A DNA stretch of 64,000 nt from Syncephalis fuscata S228 (Eukaryota > Fungi > Zoopagomycota), in contig JAHLTZ010000004.1 of the NCBI GenBank assembly GCA_025786725.1, positions 434,001 to 498,000 on the forward strand. Direction: 5' to 3'. Below the pieces are notes generated by a model, which was not told the origin of the DNA, ran no database searches, and was given only the letters and a program-made list of their open reading frames with translations. The translations under genes and the position numbers were made by a program. Positions 25,831 through 39,191 of the stretch are shown one piece after another. Positions within the stretch are counted from its first letter, which is position 1, and each line of letters begins with the position of its first letter.

Positions 25831-26702
25831 TTACAAAGTTTGTAATTCCATTACAGAAACTGAGTCATCGAACAAGCAAGCACCATCATCGTCTTCGTCG
25901 TTGTCATCATTGTCACCATCTTCGCTATAACTGTTGCTATCATCATTCTTGTGATCGATACCATTATCATGTTTATGGCTATCGTTGTGTTGCTGTTTAG
26001 AATTATTTCCATTGGTTTGATACTGATTAATTTTAGTGGTTATTGGCGATGACTTTGATGCCAGTGTTATAAATGGCATCCATAGTAGGCCGCGTGCCAT
26101 CATACCAAACCAGCCATTCGAATGATGATACTTGCGTGCTAGCTGTTTTTGTTGCAGTTGTTTGTCTCGATCAGTGTTGGGCACAGTATCATTATCTTTT
26201 GACGATGGTATAGGCTCATTGAGTGCCATGGCCGTTTGTACGTAGGGCAGTATCGACTCGATTGATTCGTTAGCCGGTGTCAGTAGACCGCTGACATTGC
26301 TTTGTCCATCTGTGTCTTCTGTATCACAGGATGATAGACTTAGATCACCTGTCTCTTCTTCTGTCTCCTTTGGCTTGTCGAAAATGCAGATGGACATTGG
26401 CACTTCAATTGTAGCGGCATCTGCATCGGAATTGTTATGTCGTCTGTATTGTTAGAAATACAAATATAGTTCATTAGATGGACTATTATTATCAAACATA
26501 CTATGATAACACAGTATACTAACCGAAAATGCCAAGTGTTATGTAATGGCTTTGAGTTGGAAAACTTCTTTGGTGTGGTTGAAGTAACACTACTGCTATA
26601 GCTACTGGTATCCCAGTGCTCTGGTGCATCAGTATACGTACCCCAGTCTACCAACGACCGGTGCTGAGACTGAGATATTGTGGTGGCTTTAGCCGAGTAC
26701 AT
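25831..26702 (-). CDS. Hypothetical low-complexity protein (2 exons; intron ~26444-26523)
   Basis: ORFs 26340-26702 and 25831-26403 join in frame through GTTTAG...TACAG. Acidic C-terminus, no recognised domain. Confidence 0.6.
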
Positions 26703-27776
26703 GGTACCGTAGGTGGAAAGTGCAAGCTACAAAATGATGGTGTGTTAATTTAATGGCAATAATGGTCGAGCAAATCAAATAATGAACAAGCAACTGTAAA
26801 GTTTGATATGTAAATGGACGTGGACGTGGACGTATGTGCGTGCGTGCGTGAGAAAGAGTACGGAAAATCAAGGGATAGTCTGTTCTTTTCAGCCTTGTAG
26901 TTAACAGAAGAAGGCTTGAAAACCAATCCAATCGCGCAGATATCCGGTATCTTACCGTATCGCGGACAAGCAGCGCGTTAATGTTTTTAAACGAAGCAAA
27001 TAAAATGATTGAATTCAGCAAATAAGCACTTATGATTAATGGTTTGCAATATTGTCTAATAGTAGTCGTTGATATTAATTGTTAGCAATAGTGGATGTTG
27101 ATATGTAGTGAGTGACCAAGACAAGCGGAAAGCAATATCTTGGCCACGGGGCAAAAAGCGCTTACCTATACGTAAGAAGCAAGCGGCAAAACGAATTGAT
27201 ATACGAAAGAAAGCTATTAGGTTAAGATGAAAAAATTGGCCTTTAGACAGTAAGAATAAAATGGGCCTTTATGAATGCAGATGGACATGTCCGCTAGATG
27301 TAGCGACAGAGACAGCCGCGTGATCATTGCACATCAAATACATCCTAATCAATCTAACAGGTAGTAACACTACTGACAAGCGTGTAACTACGACCATCAT
27401 TGTTAGTTAAAACAAGCATTTACATTTGTACGCACATTGACTATATAAATAAACGTCATTATTATTTAAAAGATACATTAATAGATCCTTATACGGACCG
27501 AACAAAGGCAATTAATGGCTTAAAAAAGCAAGAGAGTGCATGGTGTTAGAGTGTGTCATAGAGGAGGGCAACAGGCGAATAGCCAAAGAATGTACGTATG
27601 TTGATAGGTTGTCGCGTTGTATTGTGTGTGTGTGTTGTTTTTTATCTAAGCACAGAAGAAGAAAGGAAAATGAAGTGACAAATGCGTGCAGATGATTAAA
27701 GGCGAGAACTGCAGCAATAGCAGCAGCAATAGCAGCGGTAGCAGCAGTGTGACGATGGGTGTGCAGCAGTTCTTGT

Positions 27777-30255
27777 TTAGTCAAGACGTCCAACGAGCTC
27801 GGCATGCAAGTTATTCTGGTTATAATCAAGTGTCATTTCGTAGCCACCAACACGCACCACAATATTGGCTTTAATGTCGACAAATAGCTTGCCACCCAGT
27901 ACGGCAAACGCAGCCTTGATTGTGTCCCAGTTAAGGGCAAAACCAACAGTGATGGGCGGTGATTTGGAGACAGCCTTGGGTGCTAGCATAATTGGATTGG
28001 ACGATAAATCTTGGTTAAGATCACCTAGCGATGCACCTTTATAGAACATTTTAACGTTCATACGGATTACGGCAATGGGTGCATCAAGTGGATTAAACAT
28101 ATCAACCTGTCCTTTAGCCTTACGTGTAAAGACCGTAGCAAAGTCAATAGCAACGCGCGTTGCTCGAATCATAGTAACGCCGTGCATAGCTGGCATTTTG
28201 GTTTTCATACGAATAGCCCCAAGTGCTTGTTGAAGTGATGCAATGTTGGTTGATTGGGCGTATCCAGAAATACCAATGTCGTTTTCAACACCAGCCACAT
28301 AGTCGCTCATCATGCGTTGGCCAGCCGCGCGTGCCGCTGCAGTTTGTGGCATGAAATAGACGGTGCTATGGACAACATTCTCTTTTGGCTTAAGACGCAT
28401 ATCGGGTATCTTTACTCGGCCAATAAGCTGACCAGAGAAGTAGAGTTGGAAAAAGACATCACCGCACGACATTGATAAATCCGCTGGATTGCCAATCGTC
28501 ACGGTAAGTTGAATTTCAAGATATTCAGCCGTGCCGCCTTTAACGATGATTTCGTTAACGGTAATAGGAATGGTGGCAAGGCCTTCAAACCCTTTAATTG
28601 AGATGGATTCGTCGAATTTAACACCTCGAATGGTAAGATCGCCAATAGCGGTACCAACAATGGCGACGGCATTACCGCGCATATTCATTGATTTGCCAGG
28701 ACCCATAGTCAAATCATGAACAAATTGGCTAAATTGTGCATGCTGACTACTAATAACACTCATGGGCACACCGTTAATGCCAGTTTTCATAATGCCACTG
28801 GCAGATGTGCCTGATGCATCGGTCAATGGTACATTCATCGTGGCCATTTCCACGCCACCCTCAATAACCGTCACATCCTGCGAGATCTTTTTCATCTCAA
28901 TAGGAAATCCAAATGGCATTTTGAAACGAGCCAGAACATTGGGTGCAGATGTACGCGGCGACCATGCTTCAGCTGCGGTAAATCCATACCCATAGGGCCA
29001 AGTTCAAGACTTTGAATAAATTTCATGCTACTAGTTCCATCAAATACAATATCGAGTGTTGTGCCTGCAAAGCCACGCTGAAGCCAGCTAATTGGCTTCG
29101 ACTGTGCATTGGGACGTACTTCAACGCCGACGACTTTAGTTTTTGATGGTTTGCCCGTGATATAGTTACTTAACATGCCACTAAGATTATCACGATCCTC
29201 AGCACGTGGTTGTGGCAATAGTCGACCTTGCATGGCCATTTGGTTTGTACCTGGTGTGACTTTAACACCTGTCACATTGGCTGATACAATACGTAGGTCA
29301 TTGTAGAAGATGTCGAATGTTAAATCGCCCAAGTCAATACCAAATGGCGATGGATTATCCATTGAAGCATCGGCGTTCATAGCAATACCGCCAAGCGCAT
29401 GGTTGGATGGCAAGTCGAAAGATTTTAATTTAACATTAGGGAAATTCTGCATGCCTAAATACTGTGTTAATCTACTGTAGTACAATACCGAATTGTTGGG
29501 TTCATCAATTACTCACCTTTAAGCGTAATGTCTTTTTCCAATTTAATGCCGTCGAGTGTAATTCCCATGGCACGAGCACGCGCTTCACCTTTAATTGACC
29601 AGGTGAATTCGGATTTGCGCATCATGACTTTGGCAAAATCACCAAAACCTTCCTTGTTGGTAACTTCAAAAGTAAGAGAAGAATCGATGGTAGCACCCAC
29701 ACCGGCTTTAGTAACTAGCGGGTCCATGGCCATACGACCCAGCTCAACTCCTTCGTAATAAAGCCGAACCTTGTCCTTGATTTCAATCTGAGCGTCAAAT
29801 GGACCAGTGTCCGTTACCATACCGGCCATCTGCATGGTAAAATAGTCTTCCTGTGGATTGGTAATATTGGCCGAGGTGATGGACATTTTGGCTGCACTAA
29901 CGGCCGCCTGCGCAATGGCCGGCACAATAACGAAAATTAACACTGGAATAAAGATGGCCATAAATATAAGCGTGATGAGACAGCAAATGCACAGACACAT
30001 TCGACGGCGTGTTTTGAAAAAGCCTTGTACGCCCTTCTTTTTCTGCACATCTGTACCATCACGATCGACGTTGTATTCCGAGTTTGCATATTCTGATCGT
30101 ACAGTGCGATTAGCAGCATAAGGGTCGTATTCATAGCCAGTCAAATCGTAATGGTTTCCATTATTATAGGCTGGCGATGGTTGTCGGATTTCTGTCATAT
30201 CGTGCCGAATAGCATGTGCAGCAGCAAAATTGCGTTCATTATTTGCTGTAGCCAT
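27777..30255 (-). CDS. Tag1-like / DUF3712 (LEA_2-type beta-repeat) single-pass membrane protein
   Basis: Cys-rich TM (RRRMCLCICCLITLIFMAIFIPVLIFVIVPAIAQAAV), TGPFDA, NPSPFGIDLGDL, FKMPFGFPI, NPLDAPI. One intron (~29460-29517) and a 1-bp frameshift at ~28980. Confidence 0.8.
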
Positions 30256-31708
30256 GATTTGCAATTAATGGCACTAATAAAGTAAAATGGAGAATAGAAA
30301 TAGTCGTAAGTGTTCTAGCGTACTAATAAGACAGCAAGAATTAAAGGGTAGCTTGAAGGAGGACAGAATAATGCGTACAAATGTTCATTAACTTTGTGCG
30401 CGATACTAATATTAATTAAAAAGACACTGGCGTAAAGTAAAAAAAAAGTCCTAGTAACTACTATTGTTGTTATTTACCAAGGCTAAATATAAACGATGTT
30501 TTTTTAAAAAATATTACTACCGACTACCACGTTATCGTAAATTCAATCGTACCTGGGTCGCGTTAGAAATTCGTAAAAAGAATAAGTCGTTGCAGTATTA
30601 AAATTAATAAAAGTTGTAGGATTTTTAACCGAAGGATGTAACAATTGAGTGACTGAAGCACAGCTACACAAAAGGCAAGGAATAGGCGGAGTGATGAATA
30701 GGCAGAAACAGAAGCACAAGCGGCAAGCGGAAGACGGAACGGAGCACTGGGGCCAAACAAGCCGGTTATTCAACTATTGGGCCTTTAATTTGACGATTCT
30801 AAAGTAAAAGAAATTTTGTAAATGCTGTTGCTAAGAGAAAGAGAATGCACAGAAGCAAAAGCTTGACTTTATTGTTTCGATATCAACGGTCATTTTACTA
30901 AATTAAAAAGCCAGCAAATCGGAGCTGGAAATGTATACTTTTATGCCGATTGGAAAAAAGCATCAACTATTTAGTAACGCGTTTTTGACATCCATATTAG
31001 TTTGAAGACCACGTGGATTAAGCTCTGAATGGTCAATAAGTATGATGGTGATAATATATGAATAGGCGACAGTTTTTCTTATTTGAAGAAATGACGGGTT
31101 CAGCAACATCAGGTGATGTTTACAAGGAAGAGAAATTCAACCAATGGCAAATAACGCTGCCGTTCTATTTGAATGCGGCTACACCACCTCTAATAAAACG
31201 TAACATTTAACTGAAATATTAGTGGCTTTATTATTGTTATTCGCACAAGACTGTTTATGGCTTGAGTTGTAGAATTTGTACATTCGACTATTGTACAAAA
31301 GCTACATGCCATCCATTATTGCAGCAGACGATAAGCACTATTTAATTATGAATTTATTAGCGTGCTATATAAATAGCTACTCGTATTTAATGATAATTAA
31401 TCGTTATTTTTAAATTACATATAAATATCAATAGAGCAAATTAAGAGTTGTAAATTTATACAAATGGTACTTTATGATGCAATGTACAACATCACTCGAT
31501 TAATGTGATGGTGATAAACTGTATAATTTTATTCACTATTTAATTTTATGTTAAAACTATCGAACCATGCTGACAAATGCAGCTAATTGCCTATCTACGT
31601 CATATCCAACAAGGAAAATATCAGGGAATAGCTTAGTAACCAACTGCTTACTTTTTTCTTGTATCGACTACTGTGATTGCGCTAACTCCACGCTGCTTTA
31701 TTCATACG

Positions 31709-33022
31709 ATGACTTCGTTAACGGCCACTGAGACGTATCAAACGCTTGTGCTAGAAACGGGCAATTTGATGCATACGAATGTAGCCGGTATTCTTAATAG
31801 TGCCTTTAAGCGATCACACGAAGAGGTAGCTTCATAATTGTTGTTTGACGTTTGAAACGACCTAGCTAAACAGGTTGCACACCATAGGTTTTGGCCGCTT
31901 TACGCGACACATTAGACATTGTGACCAAGACGAAGAGCATTACGTCGGCTAGTCCAGCCAATTTTGACGGCACTACACATACGCTAACTGTTGCACATCC
32001 AATATCCGCGCTTAACAACAGCGACGACGACGACAACACTACTCGTTATGCCAACACGGACGACAAGAATGATCTTGATCTAGTTGGTAAGGAGCACGAG
32101 TTACTTTGTTTGCTATTCACTATACATTCTAATGCCTACTATACAATAGCCAAACTGTTTTTATTTCCACAAGACGAAACGTCAGTCACGCTGGCGAGTG
32201 AACAAGTGGCTGCTGCTTTGCAATTGCTTAAAAAGCGTACACACCTCGAAAGTGTTGGCAGCTTTACGGTGGCATTCACTGGATTCAAGCTGGACGATGA
32301 CAACGAAGAGGATGAAGAAGTGGAGATGCAGTCTCAAGATGATCACTGGCCAGATATGACTTATTATCATGATATCTGGAAGGTAATTACAAGTTGAAAT
32401 ATCAATAATAAGAATATTTATTTATCATAATTGATATTATAATTATAATAATTAGGCATTAGAAGATGAATATAGCCGTGGAGTAATTAAAGCATTAGGC
32501 GTCTCTGAATTTACTGAAAAACGATTAGAGAAATTCCTTCCAGTAGTTAAGGTGTGTAGTTGCTAAACAATACCAAATTATTATAACAAAACTTATAATT
32601 TATCATTACAGACACCGCCCACTAGTAATCAAGTTAATTTAGCGGATTGTTGTGTCATGCCTCGCGCTCTTATTGCTTACTGTCGTGAACGTGGTATTGA
32701 ATTGGTCACACATAGTGATTCTGTTGGTAAGTTTATTAATATTTATAGTAATGTCACTTGCCAATTGCATTATATTTAGATATGTTTTCTACTAAAGAAT
32801 TGAAACAATTATTAAAACAATTTCCCTCTATTGATGGACACGAACCATCGGCTGACAAGTCTATTTCAGTACGCTGGCTACTTAAATTCTCGGTTATGGT
32901 AAAGTCTCGTGGTGTTCTTTGCGACAAAGGGTATGTGCACATAAATCAATCGTTTATAACACTGTATCGCTTATACATTTCATTCTGTAATTAGGTACAT
33001 TGTATTTGCCACTTGTAACTAA
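31709..33022 (+). CDS. GCLM: Glutamate-cysteine ligase modifier (regulatory) subunit, aldo-keto reductase fold
   Basis: LVLETGN, IAKLFL, IWKALE...IKALGVSEF, NQVNLADCCVMPRALIAYC, ELVTHSD, RWLLKFSVMVKSRGVLCDKGY. Confidence 0.88.
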
Positions 33023-33105
33023 TCCCTTTTTTTAACTGATGCAAAGCAATTCATTCTTTTATGTATCTTTTTGTGTCACAAGATCGAGTAAAAAAATATT
33101 GCCAT

Positions 33106-34425
33106 TTAAGCCTCATCATCTGACGACGCTTCGTCGCCCGATACTTCCGCATTCTCTCGTTCGACGCGTGCCATCAATTCGGCCAATTCGAGATCGTCTG
33201 TCTCGCTGACTGCCTTTGGCTTCATCTTTACGTTCAAAGCGCCCTTGGCAGCTACAATATTTTCTTGCACCTTAACAATAGCTTGTTCTAATAGTTCAAT
33301 GCCTGCTTTCTTATCCAATGACGTGGTCAACATGACATAAAGTGGTGGGGCTACCAATTTGACCTAGTATTGAGCGTATTAGTATTAAGTGGCATTGTTC
33401 TATTCATCGGTATACCTTGACATCTCCATTTTCATTTGAGCATTTCTCAGCTTCTTTTAGTGCACGCTTAATAGCATCGATACCTTCATAACCAAAACAT
33501 GTTACTTCAACATCTACCAGAATATGATTAGTTATATTTCAATCATTAATATACCACTCTTATACATATATATATATAAATATAAATTTATAGTTGCTTA
33601 TTATTTACCTGCACGAATCTTGACTGGTTGTGGTGTAAGACGACGACGAATACTGGCCAATAGTTCAGTACGTACTTCATCAGTCATTTCCAATCCTTCA
33701 AGAACTGTATCTGGATCACTAAATAGTAATAATGGTAATAAATAATAGCAATAAATAATAGTAATAAATATAAATAAACTATACTAATGTTTTAGTTATT
33801 ATACAACTTACTTGATTACCATCTTAAATGCATCATAAGCATGTCCATACTTGCGATAAAGGGGCCAGCCAATTGATTTGTACAGATCTTCCAATGGCAT
33901 ATCCAACTTTTCAGCAATATAACGCAAAATACTATGCACCTATACATCATACATCAAATCCATTCATGGTTATTACTAATATTACTATTATTATACAGCT
34001 CTACTTACCGCCTTTGATTTGTTATATTTCTCTTCGCACTTGATAATATCCTCTGGCGCAACACGACGCTTTGAAAGATCAATATAACCTATAATATAAA
34101 TAAATAACGCAATAAACATGACAAAGTTTAGTTTAACAAGTACACAAGTGCCGTTTATTAAGCATATAGATTACTTACCCTTCTCCTTGTCTACACGCAA
34201 TACGACAACAACTTCATTACGGCCAATACGAATCAGCTTCTGAATACTACGAATACGTCTACGGGACAGCTCTGACAGCAAGATCATGCCATCGGCGTTA
34301 TCATACTCAAGTAGATGAACATTGGCACCCATTTCGGCAATATCGCGCACATTGACCATAACAACATCTTCCACTTCAGGGAAGCGGTTCTCGTAGAAGC
34401 GACAACGGAACTTTGGATTCGACAT
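33106..34425 (-). CDS. SUI2: Translation initiation factor eIF2 alpha (multi-exon)
   Basis: [31 protein letters not shown] (regulatory Ser site), VAPPLYV. Confidence 0.97.
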
Positions 34426-35445
34426 GTTGTTGTTGTTATGTGTGTGTAGACTGGTCGAGTTTCAACAGATCGGAAAGGATCAAACAGCAACTACACTGTA
34501 GACAAAAAAACAGATACTTTAACACCTACAACGATGTCGGCACTGGCGCGTGCAAGAGAAAAGATAGTTTGAGTGGTAATGAATCAATGGTTGGCTGATT
34601 GGCTGGTTAATTTAAAACTATTATAATTAAAACTGGCACATTAAACATGGATCCATATGACGGCTAATTAATATTTTGAAATTCGGTGATATCATATTTA
34701 AAATTATCACAGTCCTTTCATCGATCATGAAAACAAACGCACACGCACAGATATATTAATTGGAAGGAGAAGAAGTAGTAGGAGCGTAAAAGGTAGTAAA
34801 AGGTAAAAGAGCAAGAGATAGAAACGAATAAGGCGGTAGTAGTAGTAGTAGTAGTAGTAGTGGGGAGAGAAAGAGTAGAGTGTGGATGAAGGGAAAGTAA
34901 GGAAATCAAGCTTGAAAATAGTAGCGATAGCAGTGATAGTAACAGAGTAAGTATAGAAGAAGGCAGAGACACAACTTGTACTTGCAGACTGTACGCTTGT
35001 ACATGCCCAACTACATACGCACAAATAAAAAGAAAGAAAGAAATGACAAGGTTTACACCTTTAGGATAAACAACAAACGCACATGCACATAGATAATAAT
35101 TAAATTCCAATATACTAAAAATAATGCTAACGATACCAATACTTCTGTGACACTACTAATAGCAATGCCAATGGTCAAAAGTACACATCATTATAATGAT
35201 CTTTATCGCTACTAAGTAATAAATAGCGACGGCGACGACAACAGCCGAATTAAATTGAACTAATAAAAACGATACTATGGGCACAGTAAAATGTCGATTA
35301 CTATCCTAGGCAATGTCTGACTATGTGTCTACATCATAGGGACGAGTAATTACCATCACCACCATCGCAACTATCATCGTTGTTAATGATGATAATCATA
35401 TTAGCAAGCATAACAACAATAACAATAACAACAGCAACAACAGTT

Positions 35446-36748
35446 TTACAAAAGACCACATTGGCGCAAATTAGTCTGGATAATAATATCGTTGACGGCG
35501 GCCATTACAAACTTGATCTGATTAGTGTCGGTAGCACATGTAAAGTGCGTGTAAATCTGTTTCGAGTCTGATTGATTCAAGGCTACAAATCGATTCAAAA
35601 TGTAGTCACAAGCAGCATCGTAGTTCTCGCCGCCATCAAAATCGGGGAAGAAGTGGCGCATAGGCGAGATGGGCAGCTTAAAGCGGAACAAGTCGATTTT
35701 GTTCAAGAAAAGAATGATACTTGTTTGTACAAACCAACGAGAGTTGCAGATGGAATCAAACAGCGTTAGCGCTTCTTGCATTCGATTGACCGTCTCATCT
35801 TCAACAAGCACCTGATCGTACTCGCTAATGGCCACGAGAAACACGATGGCTGTAACATTCTCGAAGCAATGGATCCACTTTTTACGTTCTGATCGTTGAC
35901 CACCAACATCGAGCATTCGGTAGGTGAGTTCGCCGATATGGAAGACTGTCTCAGTAATACCGGTCGTTTTGACACGAGAGCGTAGTACATCTTGATCCGA
36001 AGGAAGATAGTCAGGTTGTGCAATACGATCGATCGATTCAAAGTAGCTAAATAGAATCAATGGTTATTAGTACGTATTAACATTGTACACCATCTATACT
36101 ATGGATATATCATGTTTGGCACTTACTATTTGGCCGAGTCGTTAAGTTGATATTCGCGCGATCGATGGAAACACTCTTGTACGCCTTGATCCAGCCATAG
36201 CGAACGAATGGCCACCGCTACCTCGTTAGGCAGCATATCGGCCTCAATTTGCGATGGCAAGTCGAGAATAACTGCACTGTGGATCTTATTATTATGGTTA
36301 CTTAGGGGAATGCCCATATTGTGCATGGCCTCCAGGATGACTCGCATCGACTGGACGGTGTTTGAGAAAATAATTTCTTTAAACGATTCACGTTCTTCCA
36401 GACTGTAGCCACCATCGTGAATCAATTTCATTTGTTTAAGAATGGTTGATTTTCCCGATTCACCAGCACCTAATCAATCAATAAAATGTGATTAATATAC
36501 TATTGTTATCGTTGTTGTTATTATTGTTATTGTTGTTATTATTAAGATTATTGAATTTATTTATTTAGGATCGATGCAACATTATCCCATCTTAACCTTT
36601 TAATTTTAATTGTTTATAAACAACACTTACCCAGCAATAGCATTTTAACTTCATTGCGCTGTTGGATCTTGTCGCGGCGAATCTGGTTTTCAATCTCCTC
36701 GTTACGTCGCTTGGACTCTAGTTCTTCTTTGGAGACACAGCAACCCAT
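35446..36748 (-). CDS. Heterotrimeric G-protein alpha subunit, fungal group I (Gi-like)
   Basis: [56 protein letters not shown]-terminus NLRQCGLL. Confidence 0.97.
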
Positions 36749-37457
36749 GATGATTAAATGTAGCAGTTGTACTGTTTAGAATAATAAATAATAAAATATT
36801 AGTCGATTACTATAAAAATAGCAGTAAAAATAATAGTAGAAATAAGATATAAAGATAAATGGTGTACAAGTCGTAAAAAGGAGCACACCGGTTTTATCAA
36901 ATTGTGTGGACGAATGAATGCTTAATAAAATGAAAGGCCGACTTTGACACAAAGAACACCGCCCATTGTATATGCTATATAATCCATAATAAAGAGCTCG
37001 ATAATGTCTCTGTCCATCAGATATGCTACCACCAATGATAGATACAAATGATATTAACGTACAAAATAGCCTCATTATCATTAAACTTAATAAAATGCAT
37101 ATAGCAGAGTAATATTCACGGATACAGTGGCTATAGTAATAGCTGGGTGCCATAACAGCCACACGATTCCAGATACAGTACATCCCATCTGTTTATAATA
37201 TCCATTCTACTTACCAGGTGTCAAACAGCAACAAGAGCGTATATAGGTTTAAGTGTGTAGGAAGAAAGCTAATAAGGGATCAGAACGAGATGATGAGGCG
37301 TTGTCGTTGTACACGCGTATGAATAAATACTACTCGGACGTCAAGAGATGAGTGACAGAGATAGTTGAGGTAGTGGCGGTGTTGGCACACAAGTTAGCCG
37401 TACCGTAATAGCAACAATAAAACTGACGAGGTAAGAAGAAAACTGTGTTAATGTGGA

Positions 37458-37490
37458 TAGTAGTAGTAGTAGTAGTAGTAGTAATAGTAG
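37458..37490. repeat. (TAG)n microsatellite upstream of the G-alpha gene; a similar tract lies at 34837-34861
   Basis: tagtagtagtag run read directly. Confidence 0.8.
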
Positions 37491-39191
37491 TAAATAGTAG
37501 TAAGTAGTAGTGGCAATAGTTTAGGTGGAGAAAGAAAAAGGTAAGATAATAAAACGAAATAGGACAGACAGACAACAGACACACAAACATACGCACACAC
37601 ACGCACAGCAGTTATGTAAGGACGTGCACACGCAAACCAAAGAAAAGAAAGAGCAAAAGGCGGCAATAGTTGAGAATGTGTGCGGATGTAAATGGGCGTG
37701 TATGGCTAAATCAATCGTATAAGAGAGAGAAAGAGAGAGAGAGAAAGGCAGTAAATCAAAATACGAATGAAAGAGCGATAACAAGATTTAAGTGGGGATA
37801 CAGAGGCCGACAACGGGCATAGAGAGTGTGAGTGAGAACGAATGAAGAAAAGGTAGGCTGTAGTTAAAGGGGGGAATTCAAAAGGGTTGCCGAAAAAAGA
37901 AGGGCATTCATCTTTGACGCTTTCTATTTCTTCACTCAGCTCATGTGTGTGTGTACTGCATGCGGGGAAGTAAAAAGGGTCGGAAAGGGATATTATTATA
38001 GTATAGTCATAAGTTAATTAAGTTTTGTATTATATTTTATTATATTGATAATACGATGATCGGTAAACAGTAGGTAGAATAGTATATAGTATACTGCAAA
38101 GTTTAAATCCTGGGCAAAGTATGTTTCATAATGTTTTCATGTGTATAATAAGCCTAGTCGATAAATTAAACATGGGTCTATTAATGGGAATTGAGGCCAT
38201 TTGCGGAGTCGTCACTCCGAAGTACGTGTGTTCAACATTATCCATCTTTATCTCTATCTACTTCTCTTTTTCTCTTTCTGTGTGTATGTAGGTGTATGTA
38301 TATGCATGTGGATGTCTATGTGTGTGTAGGTGTATGTGGATATAATAATAACTAAAAGGCTATCCAATTTGGCAATCCATGCCACATGTAATGGATATTG
38401 GGTGTATGTCTACAATCATGGAAAGTAGAAATAGAAGCGACATGGATCGACGTGTAACACACTATAGGATAGTCAGACGAGTAGAAATAAACAGAATGAT
38501 GGCTGGTTGTTTAGTCACTTGCATTCAGGGTCGGCCTTAGCTTTTTCTACTGCTTTTCTTTTCTTGCTTTAATGAATAATAGGCGAACCAAAGTAATACA
38601 CAACATATAAGCGTACATGTGCAAGTACTGGAGCAAGATAAAAGGGCAATATGTATCAGTAATTTAAAAAAGGATAATTGAGGTGTGTTTACGAGGCAAA
38701 GTACAAGAATTAATATGTTATACTAATAGATTCAGTAATGATAAATCAGCGTACACATTTTAATATCTATTAACTAAGATTTATAATAATAATAATAAAA
38801 TACGATAATACGATTAATATAATGCACGATTAACCTTCTTAAAAAATGAAAAGTATTTAATAAATTCTAATTATATTTTATATCGTAATTTTGATTTGAT
38901 CGATTACAGACTGGACTTTGTTTTTATATTTTTATACTCTATTTTTTTGCGATTCTTAATTGATTGTTCTCGTTTTCACCATCATCTTTGGTTTGTTTAA
39001 GGTTTATACGTGGTTTATTGTTGTTGCGTATCTATCTAGTAAGATATTGGTTTGAATGAGCTATTCTACAACGGTATAGCATTGGTAAGCTTGTCATTAC
39101 AAGTAGATTGTACCAACGCGCATTTATTATTGCCTTAACTCAGTAGCGACTATTCAATGTTGAAAAGGACGCTTCAAAACCACTAGACAAT

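Noticed and set aside
31709-33022. GCLM as an animal-derived horizontal transfer
   Set aside because: Modifier-subunit homologues occur in fungi outside Saccharomyces, and the intron style matches neighbouring genes.
36776-37784. Hydrophobic ORFs around the G-alpha genes (also 34718-35110 and 52370-53821)
   Set aside because: They are translations of purine-skewed, microsatellite-rich UTR or promoter DNA with no recognisable domains.
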